Part shown: positions 21,358-32,772 of the stretch, piece after piece
How the letters are laid out: every line of letters starts with the position of its first letter
How positions within the stretch are numbered: the stretch's first letter is position 1
From: an uncultured Thermoleophilaceae bacterium
GTDB lineage: Bacteria > Actinomycetota > Thermoleophilia > Solirubrobacterales > Thermoleophilaceae
Length of the DNA: 64,000 nucleotides
Direction: 5' to 3'
Assembly: GCA_963811205.1 (NCBI GenBank)
Contig: CAWEQJ010000003.1
Span: forward strand, 11,223 to 75,222
Program-made: the position numbers and the translations under genes
Notes under the pieces: model-generated
Told to the model about the DNA's origin: nothing
Databases searched by the model: none
What the model saw: the letters and a program-made list of their open reading frames with translations, nothing else

Positions 21358-22944
21358 ATGGCGCATTACCGCGACGACGACGAGGTGGACCTGCTGATCG
21401 TCGGCTGCGGCGCGGGCGGCGGCGTGCTGGCCCAGCGCCTCGCGCGGCGCGGCTGGCGCGTGGTGGTGCTCGAGCGGGGGCCGTTCTGGGACCCCGACCG
21501 CGACTGGGTGTCCGACGAGGCGGGGTCGCACAAGCTGTTCTGGACCGACAAGCGCATCATCGGCGGCAGCGACCCGGTGGAGATGGGCAAGAACAACTCG
21601 GGCCACGGCGTGGGCGGCTCGATGGTGCACTACGCCGGCTACACGCCGCGCTTCCACCCCTCGGACTTCGAGACATACACGCGCGACGGCGTGGGCGCCG
21701 ACTGGCCGATCTCCTACTGGGACCTGAAGGAGCACTACGAGCGCTGCGAGGCGGAATTGCCCGTGGCAGGCCAGCACTGGCCCTGGGGCGACCCTCACGG
21801 CTACCCGATGGGACCGCACCCGATCGGCGGCGCGGCGGAGGTGGCCCGGCGCGGCGCGCGCGACTGCGGCATCGAGATGCGCGTGGGCCCGGTGGCGATC
21901 ACCAACGGTGCGTTCGGTAACCGGCCGCACTGCATCTACCGCGGCTTCTGCCTCGAGGGCTGCAAGGTGAACGCCAAGGGCAGCCCGCTGATCACGCACG
22001 TGCCGGACGCCATCGAGCACGGCGCCGAGATCCGCGCGGACTGCATGGCCACGCGGGTGGAGCTGGACGACGCGTCCGGCCGCGTGACCGGCGTGACCTA
22101 CCTGCACGACGGGCAGGAGCGCTTCCAGCGCGCCGCCGCGGTGGCGGTGGCCGGCTACTCGATCGAGACCCCGCGACTCTTGCTCAACTCGAAGAGCCGG
22201 CGCTTCCCGGACGGCCTGGCCAACGAGCACGACCAGGTGGGGCGCTACGTGATGGTGCAAGGGGCGTCGCAGACGGCGGCGCGCTTCCCCGAGCCGATGC
22301 ACATGTACAAGGCGCCGCCGCCCGAGGTGTCGTCCGAGCAGTTCTACGAGACCGACGAATCGCGCGGCTTCGCGCGCGGCTTCAGCATCCAGACGGTCTC
22401 GCCGATGCCGATCGGCTGGTCGGAGCACGTGCTGGCCGACGGCCACTGGGGATATGCGCTGCGCGAGTACATGCGCGACTACATCCACTGGACGGTGCTC
22501 GGCGTGCTCAACGAGCTGCTGCCGCATCCCGACAACCGCGTCACCCTCACCGACGAGCCCGATCAGTTCGGGATGCCTATCCCGCGCTTCGACTACTCGC
22601 AGACGGACAACGACCGCGCCAACATCGCCTACTCGAAGCAGGTGATCGACGAGATCTGGGACCACGCGGGGGCTCAGGACACGCTCACGATCGACCGCCA
22701 CGCGCACCTCGTGGGCGGCTGCCGGATGGGCACGGAGCCCGAGCACAGCGTCGTGGACTCGGACCACCGCGCATGGGGCGTGCCGAACCTGTTCGTGGCC
22801 GACGGCAGCGTGATGCCCACGCAGGGCTCGGCCAATCCGGCGCTGACGATCATGGCGCTGGCTTCGCGGCTGGCCGAGCGCCTGGCGGGGAAGCGAGCGG
22901 CGCGTGGTTTCAGCCGGACCCCACACGCCGCGTCAAGTAGGTAG
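21358..22944 (+). CDS. GMC-family FAD oxidoreductase
   Basis: The ADP-binding motif is VDLLIVGCGAGGGVLAQRLARRGWRVVVLERG, and the C-terminal GMC motif is HLVGGCRMG...VVDSDHRAWGVPNLFVADGSVMPTQGSANPALTIMALA. An alternative coupled GTG start at 21253 overlaps the upstream stop. Confidence 0.85.
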   Translation: MAHYRDDDEVDLLIVGCGAGGGVLAQRLARRGWRVVVLERGPFWDPDRDWVSDEAGSHKLFWTDKRIIGGSDPVEMGKNNSGHGVGGSMVHYAGYTPRFHPSDFETYTRDGVGADWPISYWDLKEHYERCEAELPVAGQHWPWGDPHGYPMGPHPIGGAAEVARRGARDCGIEMRVGPVAITNGAFGNRPHCIYRGFCLEGCKVNAKGSPLITHVPDAIEHGAEIRADCMATRVELDDASGRVTGVTYLHDGQERFQRAAAVAVAGYSIETPRLLLNSKSRRFPDGLANEHDQVGRYVMVQGASQTAARFPEPMHMYKAPPPEVSSEQFYETDESRGFARGFSIQTVSPMPIGWSEHVLADGHWGYALREYMRDYIHWTVLGVLNELLPHPDNRVTLTDEPDQFGMPIPRFDYSQTDNDRANIAYSKQVIDEIWDHAGAQDTLTIDRHAHLVGGCRMGTEPEHSVVDSDHRAWGVPNLFVADGSVMPTQGSANPALTIMALASRLAERLAGKRAARGFSRTPHAASSR

Positions 22945-22957
22945 CTCTCCGCGCTGC

Positions 22958-23086
22958 CTTGCGGATTCGTCAACAAAGTTGACGGGGGATCAACAAAGTT
23001 GACCGGGGGTCAAATTCGTTGTCAACGAGCTTGACGAGGGGGCAACGGAATTGACAGGGCGGCAAGGTATTTGTCGAATCCGCAAG
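22958..23086. repeat. Array of about 20-bp palindromic units bracketed by a perfect 12-bp inverted repeat, in a convergent intergenic gap
   Basis: CTTGCGGATTCG (22958-22969) pairs with CGAATCCGCAAG (23075-23086). The units between them are GTCAACAAAGTTGAC (22969-83), TCAACAAAGTTGAC (22990-23003), GTCAACGAGCTTGAC (23021-35) and GCAACGGAATTGAC (23042-55). Each is followed by a G-run. Confidence 0.6.
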
Positions 23087-23119
23087 CGGTGGGGGAAGGG
23101 CACCCGCGGACGCGCGCGC

Positions 23120-24591
23120 TCAGCGCTGAGCGGCCTGCAGCTTGCGGCGTAGGGCCGCGCCAAGCGGCAGCGACTCGATGGCCGGACCCTCGCCGCCGAG
23201 CCAGCTCTCCACGTCGGGGCGCTGCAGCCGCGCGCGGCCCAGCCGCCATATGGCCGCCACGAGCGCGATTCCACCCAGCGCGATGCCGAACGCCACCCAG
23301 GTGGCGGTGCGCAGCCCGATCTCCGGGGTGCCCCCGGTGGTCATGGCTATGTGCAGCAGGATCGGGCCGGTGAGGAACGCGGCGACGCCGCGAAGCAGCT
23401 CGATCATCGCGAACACCCGCGGCAGCAGCGCGGACTCCAGCGAGAAGCCCGCCATGAACAGCGCCGGCGACACCGACGCTCCGGCGCCCACCCCGATGCA
23501 GCCCGAGCCCACCACCACGAGCGCGTCCGAGCCGCTGCCCGCGCCGGTGAGCACGAGCGCGCCGCCGGCGAGGATCACGAGACCCGAGAATGCCAGCACC
23601 GGCACCCAGCGCGTGAAGAAGATTGCGCCGAAGATTGCTGCGGTGACCAGCGCTCCGGCGAACTCCGGCCAGAACAGCATCGCGGCGTGAGTGGGCGAGG
23701 CACCCTTGCCCTGAAGCGCCGCTTCGGCCAGCTCCACGAGCGCTACCGACACAGCGCCGCCGACCATTGCGGTGAGGATTCCCGCCACGGGGATCGAGTG
23801 CGCGAGCTTCTCCACCGGCATGAGCGGGTTGGGGATGCGGTACTCGTAGGCCACCGCCGCCACGACCAGGATGGTGCCCGCGGCCAGGGGAAAGAAGACG
23901 ATAGAGCTGAGCAGCGCGTGAGACGCGAGCTCGGATGCACCGAAGAACGCGGCCGCGCAGCCGAGGCCGGCAAGGCCGAGCCCCACCAGGTCCACGGGCG
24001 CGTCGCGGCCCTGCGGCTCCTGATCCTCGAACGTGAGCAGCGCGAACACGATCGTGAGGACGCCCACGATCGCATCCCCCAGAACAGCCAGTGCCACTCT
24101 TTTGCGCCGGCGAACACACCTCCCACCACGGGCCCGATGGCCACCGCGCCGAAGATGCCGAGGTTCATCACCACAGCGGTCCTCGTCATCTTCTCCTTGG
24201 GCCAGCCGATCACGAGCGGCGGCACCGCCGCGATCAGCATCAGCCCGGTGGTGAGCCCCTGGGCAATCCGCCCGGCGATGAAGAAGCCCGGCGCCGGGGA
24301 CCAAGCGGTGAGCACCGAGCCGACCAGAAAGAGCGACGCGAACAGCAGCAGCAGCCTCCGCACCGGGAGCCGCATGGTGAGCTGCACGGCCAGCACGGTG
24401 CCGAACGAGTAGGCGGCGTTGGCCATCCCGCCGGTGAGCTGAAGCGCGCCCGCGCTCAGGCCAAGGTCCTTCTGAAGCAACTGGTCGAGCGGCGTGATCG
24501 CCGTCGTCAGCACGAGGTAGGGCACGAGCGCGCACACGACGAGCACGACCGTGCTCCAGTAGCTGTCCGCCAGGGGTCCGCGAAAGCGCAT
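23120..24591 (-). pseudogene. MFS transporter (DHA2-like, about 14 TM), with one apparent frameshift near 24085
   Basis: ORF 23743..24591 (LQLTGGMANAAYSFGTVLAVQL, GRIAQGLTTGLMLIAAVP) continues in ORF 23120..24535 from ...VGVLTIVFALL onward, giving many TM helices. Confidence 0.8.
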
Positions 24592-24620
24592 CTGAGCCAG
24601 CTACCCGATGCGCGTGGGGA

Positions 24621-25999
24621 TCACGCGCCCGGCGCCAGGGCGTTGGCGGCCTTGGCCTCGGCTTCGGCCACCTCGCGCGTACCCTCCACCCGCTCGATCG
24701 CCTGCAGCTCGCGGCACACCCGCCGGATGATGATGAACACGGCCACCGGCAGCACGAACACGAGCACGCGGTAGACCCAGATCTGCGTCGCGTAGCTCCA
24801 GCCGAGGAACAGGTAGATCCGGTCCGCCGAGCCGGCGACGAAGATCAGGAACACCCATGCTAGGAACGCCGCGCCGAACGCCGTGCGTCCGGGCGCGTCG
24901 CGCGGGCGGTCGAGCACGTTGTGGTACTCCCGGTCGCCGGTGATGCGGCGCTCGATCCAGGGCCAGCCCAGCAGCACGCCCAAGCACGATCAGCGGGAAC
25001 AGCGCGCCGCCCCAGAACGGGTTCGGCACGACCGTGTAGCCGCCGATCGTCACGTCGAAGCCGGGCACCAGCCGCAGCGCGCCGATCAGCCAGCCGAGGT
25101 ACCAGTCGGGCTGCGCGCCGTTGGTGCCCTGCCGCGAGGTGGTACGGGCCCCAGAGCCAGATCGGGTTGATCTGCACGAGCCCGCCGAGCAGGAACAGCA
25201 GCCCGGCCACGCCGAACATCAGCCCGAGCGAGCGCGGCGCCTGGCCGGGAACATCGGCACGCCCGAGCAGGCGCCGGTCGGTGGCGCGCCGCGAGCGGCG
25301 GAACTGCGTGTGGTGGCGCGAGGCCACGAGCGCGAGGTGCACCGCGATCAGCGTCGGCGATGATGCGCGGGGAAGAGGAACACGTGCGCGATGTACATGC
25401 GCGACTCGAACGCGGGGTCGCCCGGAAACGGCGCGCCCCAGAGCGAGCAGCCCGAGGTTGCCGCCGACGAACGGGATCGAGAGCGCCACGCCGTAGCCGA
25501 TCGCGAGCCCCATGCCCGACAGCAGGTCGTCGACCATCGAGTAGCCGAGGTAGCCCTCGAGCAGCGGTGGTGAACAGCATCAGCAGGCCCACGACGTAGG
25601 TGAGCTCGCGCGGCTTGCGGAACGCGCCGGTGAAGAAGATGCGCATCAGGTGGAGCACGATCGCGGCCACGAACACGTCGGCCGCCCAGTGGTGGGTCTG
25701 GCGGATGAGCAGCCCGGCCTTCACGTCGGAACGAGATGTCCACCACGGACTTGTATGCCTCGCTCATCTTCTGCCCCTGCAGCGGGGCGTAGCTGCCGTG
25801 GTACACGGTGTCGGCCAGGCTCGGCTGGAAGAAGAGCGTGAGGTAGATGCCGGTGGCCGACCAGCACGATGAACGCGTAGAGCGCCACCTCGCCGAGCAG
25901 GAACGACCAGTGGTCGGGGAACAGGTAGCGCAGCGTGCCCCTGATGAACGGCGCGCCGCCGCTGCGCGAGTCGATGAAGCCGACGAGCCGGCGGATCAC
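24621..25999 (-). pseudogene. qcrB: Cytochrome bc1 complex cytochrome b subunit, with many apparent frameshifts
   Basis: Pieces across frames are FIRGTLRYLFPDHWSFLLGEVALYAFIVLV, LIRQTHHWAADVFVAAIVLHLMRIFFTGAFRKPRELTYVVGLLML, DDLLSGMGLAIGYGVALSIPFVGGNLG, INPIWLWGPY, PNPFWGGALFP and C-terminal WPWIERRITGDREYHNVLDRPRD. The GTG start overlaps the qcrA stop (GTGA). Confidence 0.85.
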
Positions 26000-27002
26000 G
26001 AGGAGCTCCCCGGGTTCACCGCGGGCCGCTTGCGCACGCCCCACCACGACGGCCCAACGGGACCTGAGAAGTTGCCGGCCGCGCGCAGGTGGCCGTCGCC
26101 GTCGATCTCGAGCGGCAGCTGCGGCAGCGGCGCGGCCGGCCGGGCCGAACAGCACCGTCGCCGCCGTCGCGCCGGGTCGAAGGTGGAGTAGTGGCACGGG
26201 CACACCAGCGCCGGCTCGGGCTCGACCGGCGGGAACATCGGCTTGCGGTAGAGCGCGATCGCGCAGCCCGCGTGCGTGCAGATCTTCGAGTAGGCCACGA
26301 TGCCGAGCGGCGCCCAGCCGCGCGCGCGCGCGCGGCAGCTTGAGCGCGCTCGGGTCGAGCCGCACGATCACCACCGGCGCCGCGATGTCGTTGCGCGATG
26401 GCGTGCTCGGGATAGGCCGTGTAGAAGGTCTCCTGCTCGATGTCGGCGGCCTTGATCGGCACGCCGTCCTCGCGTACGAGCCGCTTGCCGCGCCGCCACG
26501 GGGACCAGCGCAGCTCGTCGGTGTCGAGCGCCGGCCCGAGCGACAGCGCCGGCGCCAGCGCCGCCAGCCCCGAGCGCGCCGCGCGGCCGCGCCCGCCGCG
26601 GCCTGCACCAGGCGCTTGCGCGTGAAGCGGCTGCCGCTCTCGCGCACGATCTGGCGTCACCGCGGCCTGATCCTGCGGGTGCTCCTGCGCCGGGTAGTCC
26701 TCGCTGAGCTCCTCGGTCACCACGAGGCGCTTGCCCAGCAGGATCAGCGCGGCCGCCATGAACACCAGCGAGCCGCCGAGCGCGATCCCCTCGTACTGCG
26801 TCTGGTTGGGCCAGTGATCGGTGGCATAGACCACGATGAAGCCGACGGCGAACAGCGCCGACAGGAGCAGCAGCGCCACCAGCCACAGCTCAGCGGCGGG
26901 CTGCCTCGAACCCTCCCTGACGATCCTCCGGCGGTGGCCCTTGCCGAGCGCGCCACCCACGATCGCGCCGAGTGCGAACACGAACGACCGCAGCCGGCTC
27001 AT
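25996..27002 (-). pseudogene. qcrA: Rieske iron-sulfur subunit of the bc1 complex, with apparent frameshifts
   Basis: The N-terminal TM region is MSRLRSFVFALGAIVGG...LWLVALLLLSALFAVGFIVVY. The Rieske boxes are CTHAGCAIA and CPCHYSTFD. The C-terminus is LPQLPLEIDGDGHLRAAGNFSGPVGPSWWG. Confidence 0.8.
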
Positions 27003-27794
27003 GCGCGCAACCTCTCGCCGATCAGCACGCACAGGCCGATCAGCGCCACCGCTGCGATGAACCAGGTGAGCAGCCCCTCGGGCACCGGGCCGAGGTGCCC
27101 GATGCCCCAGCCGCCGCGGTCGGACGGCTGCTTGACGGACTGGATGTAGGCGATGATCGAGTTGAGCTGGCGGTCGCTGATGTGCCTATGTCGAGAACTT
27201 CGGCATCAGGTTGGGCCCGACGCGTACGGCCTCGGCGATCTGGGTGGGCGTGTCCTCCTTGATCGGCGGCACGCGCACGTTCGGTCACGTAGCCGCCCTC
27301 GGCCACCGCCTGGTGGCAGCCGGCGCAGTGCTCGGTGAACAGGTGGAAGCCCTCGGACACCTTGCCCGCGGCCGGATCGGGATGCGGGATCGGCGGGCCG
27401 GGCGCGAGCGACGCCACGTACTGCGTGATCGCGTCGATCTCCTTTGGCGTGAACTCCACGCGCCGCCGCCACGGCTGCTGATGCGGGTTCTGGAGTGGCA
27501 TGAAGCCGGTGGTGAGGAAGAGGTCCGCGGCCTGGGCGCCCACGCCGGCGAGCGGCGGTCCCTGGCCCTTCACGTTGCCCGCGCCGCGCCGGGGCTCGGC
27601 TCCGGCACGCCGCGGCCGGCGATGCCGTGGCAGCTCGCGCAGTTGCCCGCGTAGAGCTGCGATCCCAGCTCCTGCTGCGAGAGGCCCTTCTCGTTGTCCG
27701 GCCGCGAGATGCCGCTCGGCAGCTCTGCATGCGCCACCGCGGCCAGCGCGAGCGCCGCGAGCGCGATTGCGATCAGGGTTCGCGCGCGCCTCAT
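26999..27794 (-). pseudogene. qcrC: Diheme cytochrome c subunit of the bc1 complex, with apparent frameshifts
   Basis: The signal peptide is MRRARTLIAIALAALALAAVAHA. There are two heme motifs, CASCH and CAGCH. A C-terminal TM anchor, LLTWFIAAVALIGLCVLIG, is recovered after frame changes. Both ends have ATGA overlaps. Confidence 0.8.
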
Positions 27795-28168
27795 CCCTGG
27801 TGGCAGCTCGGCAGGATCTCGGTGGCGATCCCGCTCATCAGGATGATCACGAGGAAGAGCGGGCTGATCACCATCCCGCAGATGGACAGGAAGTAAATGC
27901 GGCCCTCCGGCGGCGCGCTGTCGCTGTCGGCGCCGCGCGTGGCGCGGAAGGTGAGGACCGAAGCCGCGAGCGCGGCCACGGCCAGCGCGCCCGCCAGCGC
28001 CGTCGCGATGGCGGTCCAGGTGTCGATCGGCACGCTCACCCCGCGGCTGCCGACGCTGCACGAGGCGTCGGACACGCCGATGCCGAACGCGTGCTGGCAC
28101 GCCCACATCGCGGGCGCGCCGAGGATGCCGGCCCACATCAGCAGCTCCACTGAGCGCCGGGTCCTCAC
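27791..28168 (-). CDS. Hypothetical membrane protein embedded between ctaE and qcrC
   Basis: GTG 28168 overlaps the ctaE stop (GTGA). The sequence reads VRTRRSVELLMWAGILGAPAMWACQHAFGIG...TWTAIATALAGALAVAALAASVL...YFLSICGMVISPLFLVIILMSGI (3-4 TM). Its stop overlaps the qcrC ATG. Confidence 0.5.
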   Translation of the reverse strand: MRTRRSVELLMWAGILGAPAMWACQHAFGIGVSDASCSVGSRGVSVPIDTWTAIATALAGALAVAALAASVLTFRATRGADSDSAPPEGRIYFLSICGMVISPLFLVIILMSGIATEILPSCHQG

Positions 28169-28747
28169 AGCGCCGGATACACCTGGGTGAACACCACGCC
28201 GATGCCCACCAGGCTGACGAAGTACCAATAGAGCGCCGCCACCCGCACGCCCACCAGGCGGTAGCTCGTGAGCCCGCCCGCCAGCTTGCCCGACGAGCCA
28301 CAGCTCGATCAGCATCCCCACGGCCACGTGGGCGTGGTGGATACCGAGCAACGTGAAGTAGATCGACGCGTACGCGGAGCCGTGCGGGCTGAACTTGTCG
28401 AGGTCGCCGAGGAACTCGTGCAGCTGCACTCCGAGGTAGCCGCCCTGGATCACGAGCGCCGCGAGGAAGCACAGCCAGGCGAGCCCCGCGTTGCCCGCCC
28501 GCGCCGCGCGGCTGCCAAGAAACACCGGCACCGTGCTCGCCACCAGCACCCCGGTGAGCACGAGCGGCAGCGCCAGCTTGGGATCGGGCACGCCCGGCGG
28601 CGGCCACTGCGCGCTGTTGAAGCGCAGGTAGAAGTAGGTGGCGATCAGCGAGGCGAACAGCGTGGCCTCCGTGGCCACGAACAGGGCCGCGCCCCAGATC
28701 CCGTTCGGCAGGGCCCGCCGCTGGCTGTCCGCATTCACGCCGCTCAC
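28165..28747 (-). pseudogene. ctaE: Cytochrome c oxidase subunit III, with one apparent frameshift near 28270
   Basis: GIWGAALFVATEATLFASLIATYFYLR, FTLLGIHHAHVAVGMLIELW, then in another frame TSYRLVGVRVAALYWYFVSLVGIGVVFTQVYPAL*. Confidence 0.8.
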
Positions 28748-28748
28748 C

Positions 28749-30652
<1,904 letters not shown>

Positions 30653-30653
<1 letters not shown>

Positions 30654-31696
30654 TAGCGGAGCCCCTCCAGGAACGTCACTACCTGGCGCAACTGCTGCCT
30701 GCTCAGATTGAGCCCGGGCATCTTGTTGCCAGGCTTGATGCGCTGCGGGTTGGCCACCCAGTCCGTGAGGTGGGCGTGGTCATTGGGGATCGTCAGCGCG
30801 CCGAGGGTGTGTCTGCTGGCCAGGTGCGTGAGGTCGGGGCCGATCGTGCCGCGTGCGGCGGTGCCGCGGATCGTGTGGCAGCTCGCGCACTGCTCCGACA
30901 TGAACACGCCCTCGCCCGCCTGCGCGTCGCCGGCGGCAGGGGGGGCGAGCGGCCGCGACTCGTTGGCCAGCCAGGCCCGGAACTTCGCGGGCGGGTCCGC
31001 GTACACCGCCATCGCCATGTGCGCGTGCTGGAGCCCGCAGAACTCGGCGCACTGCCCGCGGTAAACGCCCGGATGGTCCGCGTAGAGCTCGATCCGGTTG
31101 GGGTGGCCGGGCAGCATGTCCACCTTCTTGTTCAGCTCCGGCACCCAGAAGCTGTGGATCACGTCGGCGGACCGGAGCGTCACGTCCACCGGCGTGCGCG
31201 CCGGGATGTGGATCTCGTTGGCGGTCACCGCCCTCGTGCCCGGGTAGCGCACCTCCCAGAACCACTGGTGGCCCACCACGGTCATGTTGAGCTTCGACTG
31301 CCCCGCCTTGGGCGCGCTGGTGGCGTTCACCACGCCGATGTCCGCGATGAAGAAGAGCGCCACGAGGCACGTCACCGGGATGACGATCCCGAACGCCACC
31401 ACCAGGCCCGTGGACACGCCCTCGTCCTTGCCCACCGCCGGCAGGCCCTCGCGGTTGCGGCGCTTCCAGGCGATCGCCAGCAGCAGCAGCGCGCCCGCCA
31501 TCACCACCGCTGCGGCGGCCAGCATTCCCCACCAGAGGTGGAGGATCTTGCGCGTCTGGTCGCTCTCGGGGCGGAGGGTGGATTGGCCCCCCTTGGACTG
31601 TCCGCAGCCCGCTAACAGCAGCGTGACCGCAAGACCGCTGAACACGGCCGCGTATGCGCGAGCGCAGCGCGTGAGGTCTCGCCGGAACCTGGCCAA
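30653..31696 (-). CDS. ctaC: Cytochrome c oxidase subunit II fused to a C-terminal cytochrome c domain (caa3-type)
   Basis: Intact 347 aa. A lipobox-like LLAGC is present. The CuA site is HSFWVPELNKK...GQCAEFCGLQHAHM. The C-terminal heme motif is CASCH. Its stop overlaps the ctaD ATG (TAATG). Confidence 0.9.
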
Positions 31697-31776
31697 TCCG
31701 CCGTTTGCCTACCCCGAAAGTCAGCACTCCAACCGGCGCCGAGTGATGTTGCGGAACCCGGGGTAACACCGATGAC

Positions 31777-32772
31777 ATGCCGGAGGTCGTCGTCATCACC
31801 GGAGCATCCGCGGGCCTGGGCCGAACGATCGCCCGGCGCTTCGCCCGCGAAGGCGCGCACGTGGGCCTGATCGCCCGCGGCGAGGCCGGGCTGCGTGCCG
31901 CCGCCGAGGACGTGGAGCGCCTCGGCGGGCGCGCGCTCCCGCTGCCCTGCGACGTGTCCGACGCCGCGGCGGTCGATGCCGCCGCCGAGCGCCTGGAGGC
32001 CGAGTTCGGCCCGATCGACATCTGGATCAACAACGCCATGACCGCCGTGCTTGGCGAGGTGGTGGACACGAGCGCGGACGAGTTCCGCCGCGTCATGGAG
32101 GTCACGTTCCTCGGCTCGGTGCACGGAGCGCAGGCGGCGCTCAAGCGGATGGAACCGCGCGGGCGCGGCACCATCATCCAGGTGGGCTCCGCGCTCGGCA
32201 GGCGTGGCATCCCGCTCCAGGCCACCTACTGCTCGGCCAAGCACGCCGTGCAGGGCTTCTTCGAATCGCTGCGCACGGAGCTGCGCCACCGCGACTCGCC
32301 GGTGCACCTCGGCATCGTGCAGCTGCCGGGGATGAACACCACACAGTTCTCGTGGGTGCGCCTGCACGTTCCCAACGAGCCGCAGCCGGTTCCGCCGATC
32401 TACCAGCCCGAGGTGGCGGCCGACGCCGTCTACTGGGCCGCTCACCACCGCCGGCGCGAGCTGTGGGTCGGCTTCCCCACCGTCTACACGATTCTCGGCA
32501 ACCGCATGGCCTCGTGGCTGGCGGAGGCCTACCTCGCCAAGACCGGCTTCAACGGCCAGCAGACCGATCGGCCCGCGGCGCCCGACCGCCAGGACTACCT
32601 GGAGGAGACACTCGACGCCGACCGCGACCATGGGGCACACGGATCGTTCGACGATCAATCCCATTCACGCAGCCCGCAGACGTGGCTCGCCCAGCGCCGC
32701 GGGGCCGTGGGGGCCCTGGCCGGCGCCGCCGCGCTGGCGGCGTCTGCCTTGCTCGCCCGCCGCGCCCGATGA
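31777..32772 (+). CDS. SDR-family oxidoreductase with a C-terminal membrane-anchor-like tail
   Basis: ITGASAGLGR (TGxxxGxG), NNAM and the YCSAK catalytic motif. The tail reads GAVGALAGAAALAASALLA. Confidence 0.85.
   Translation: MPEVVVITGASAGLGRTIARRFAREGAHVGLIARGEAGLRAAAEDVERLGGRALPLPCDVSDAAAVDAAAERLEAEFGPIDIWINNAMTAVLGEVVDTSADEFRRVMEVTFLGSVHGAQAALKRMEPRGRGTIIQVGSALGRRGIPLQATYCSAKHAVQGFFESLRTELRHRDSPVHLGIVQLPGMNTTQFSWVRLHVPNEPQPVPPIYQPEVAADAVYWAAHHRRRELWVGFPTVYTILGNRMASWLAEAYLAKTGFNGQQTDRPAAPDRQDYLEETLDADRDHGAHGSFDDQSHSRSPQTWLAQRRGAVGALAGAAALAASALLARRAR

Noticed and set aside
22969-23062. The 20-bp repeat array as a possible CRISPR array
   Set aside because: The units are only about 14-15 bp plus G-runs, with no unique spacers of 25-40 bp. 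There are only 4-5 units and no cas genes in the window.
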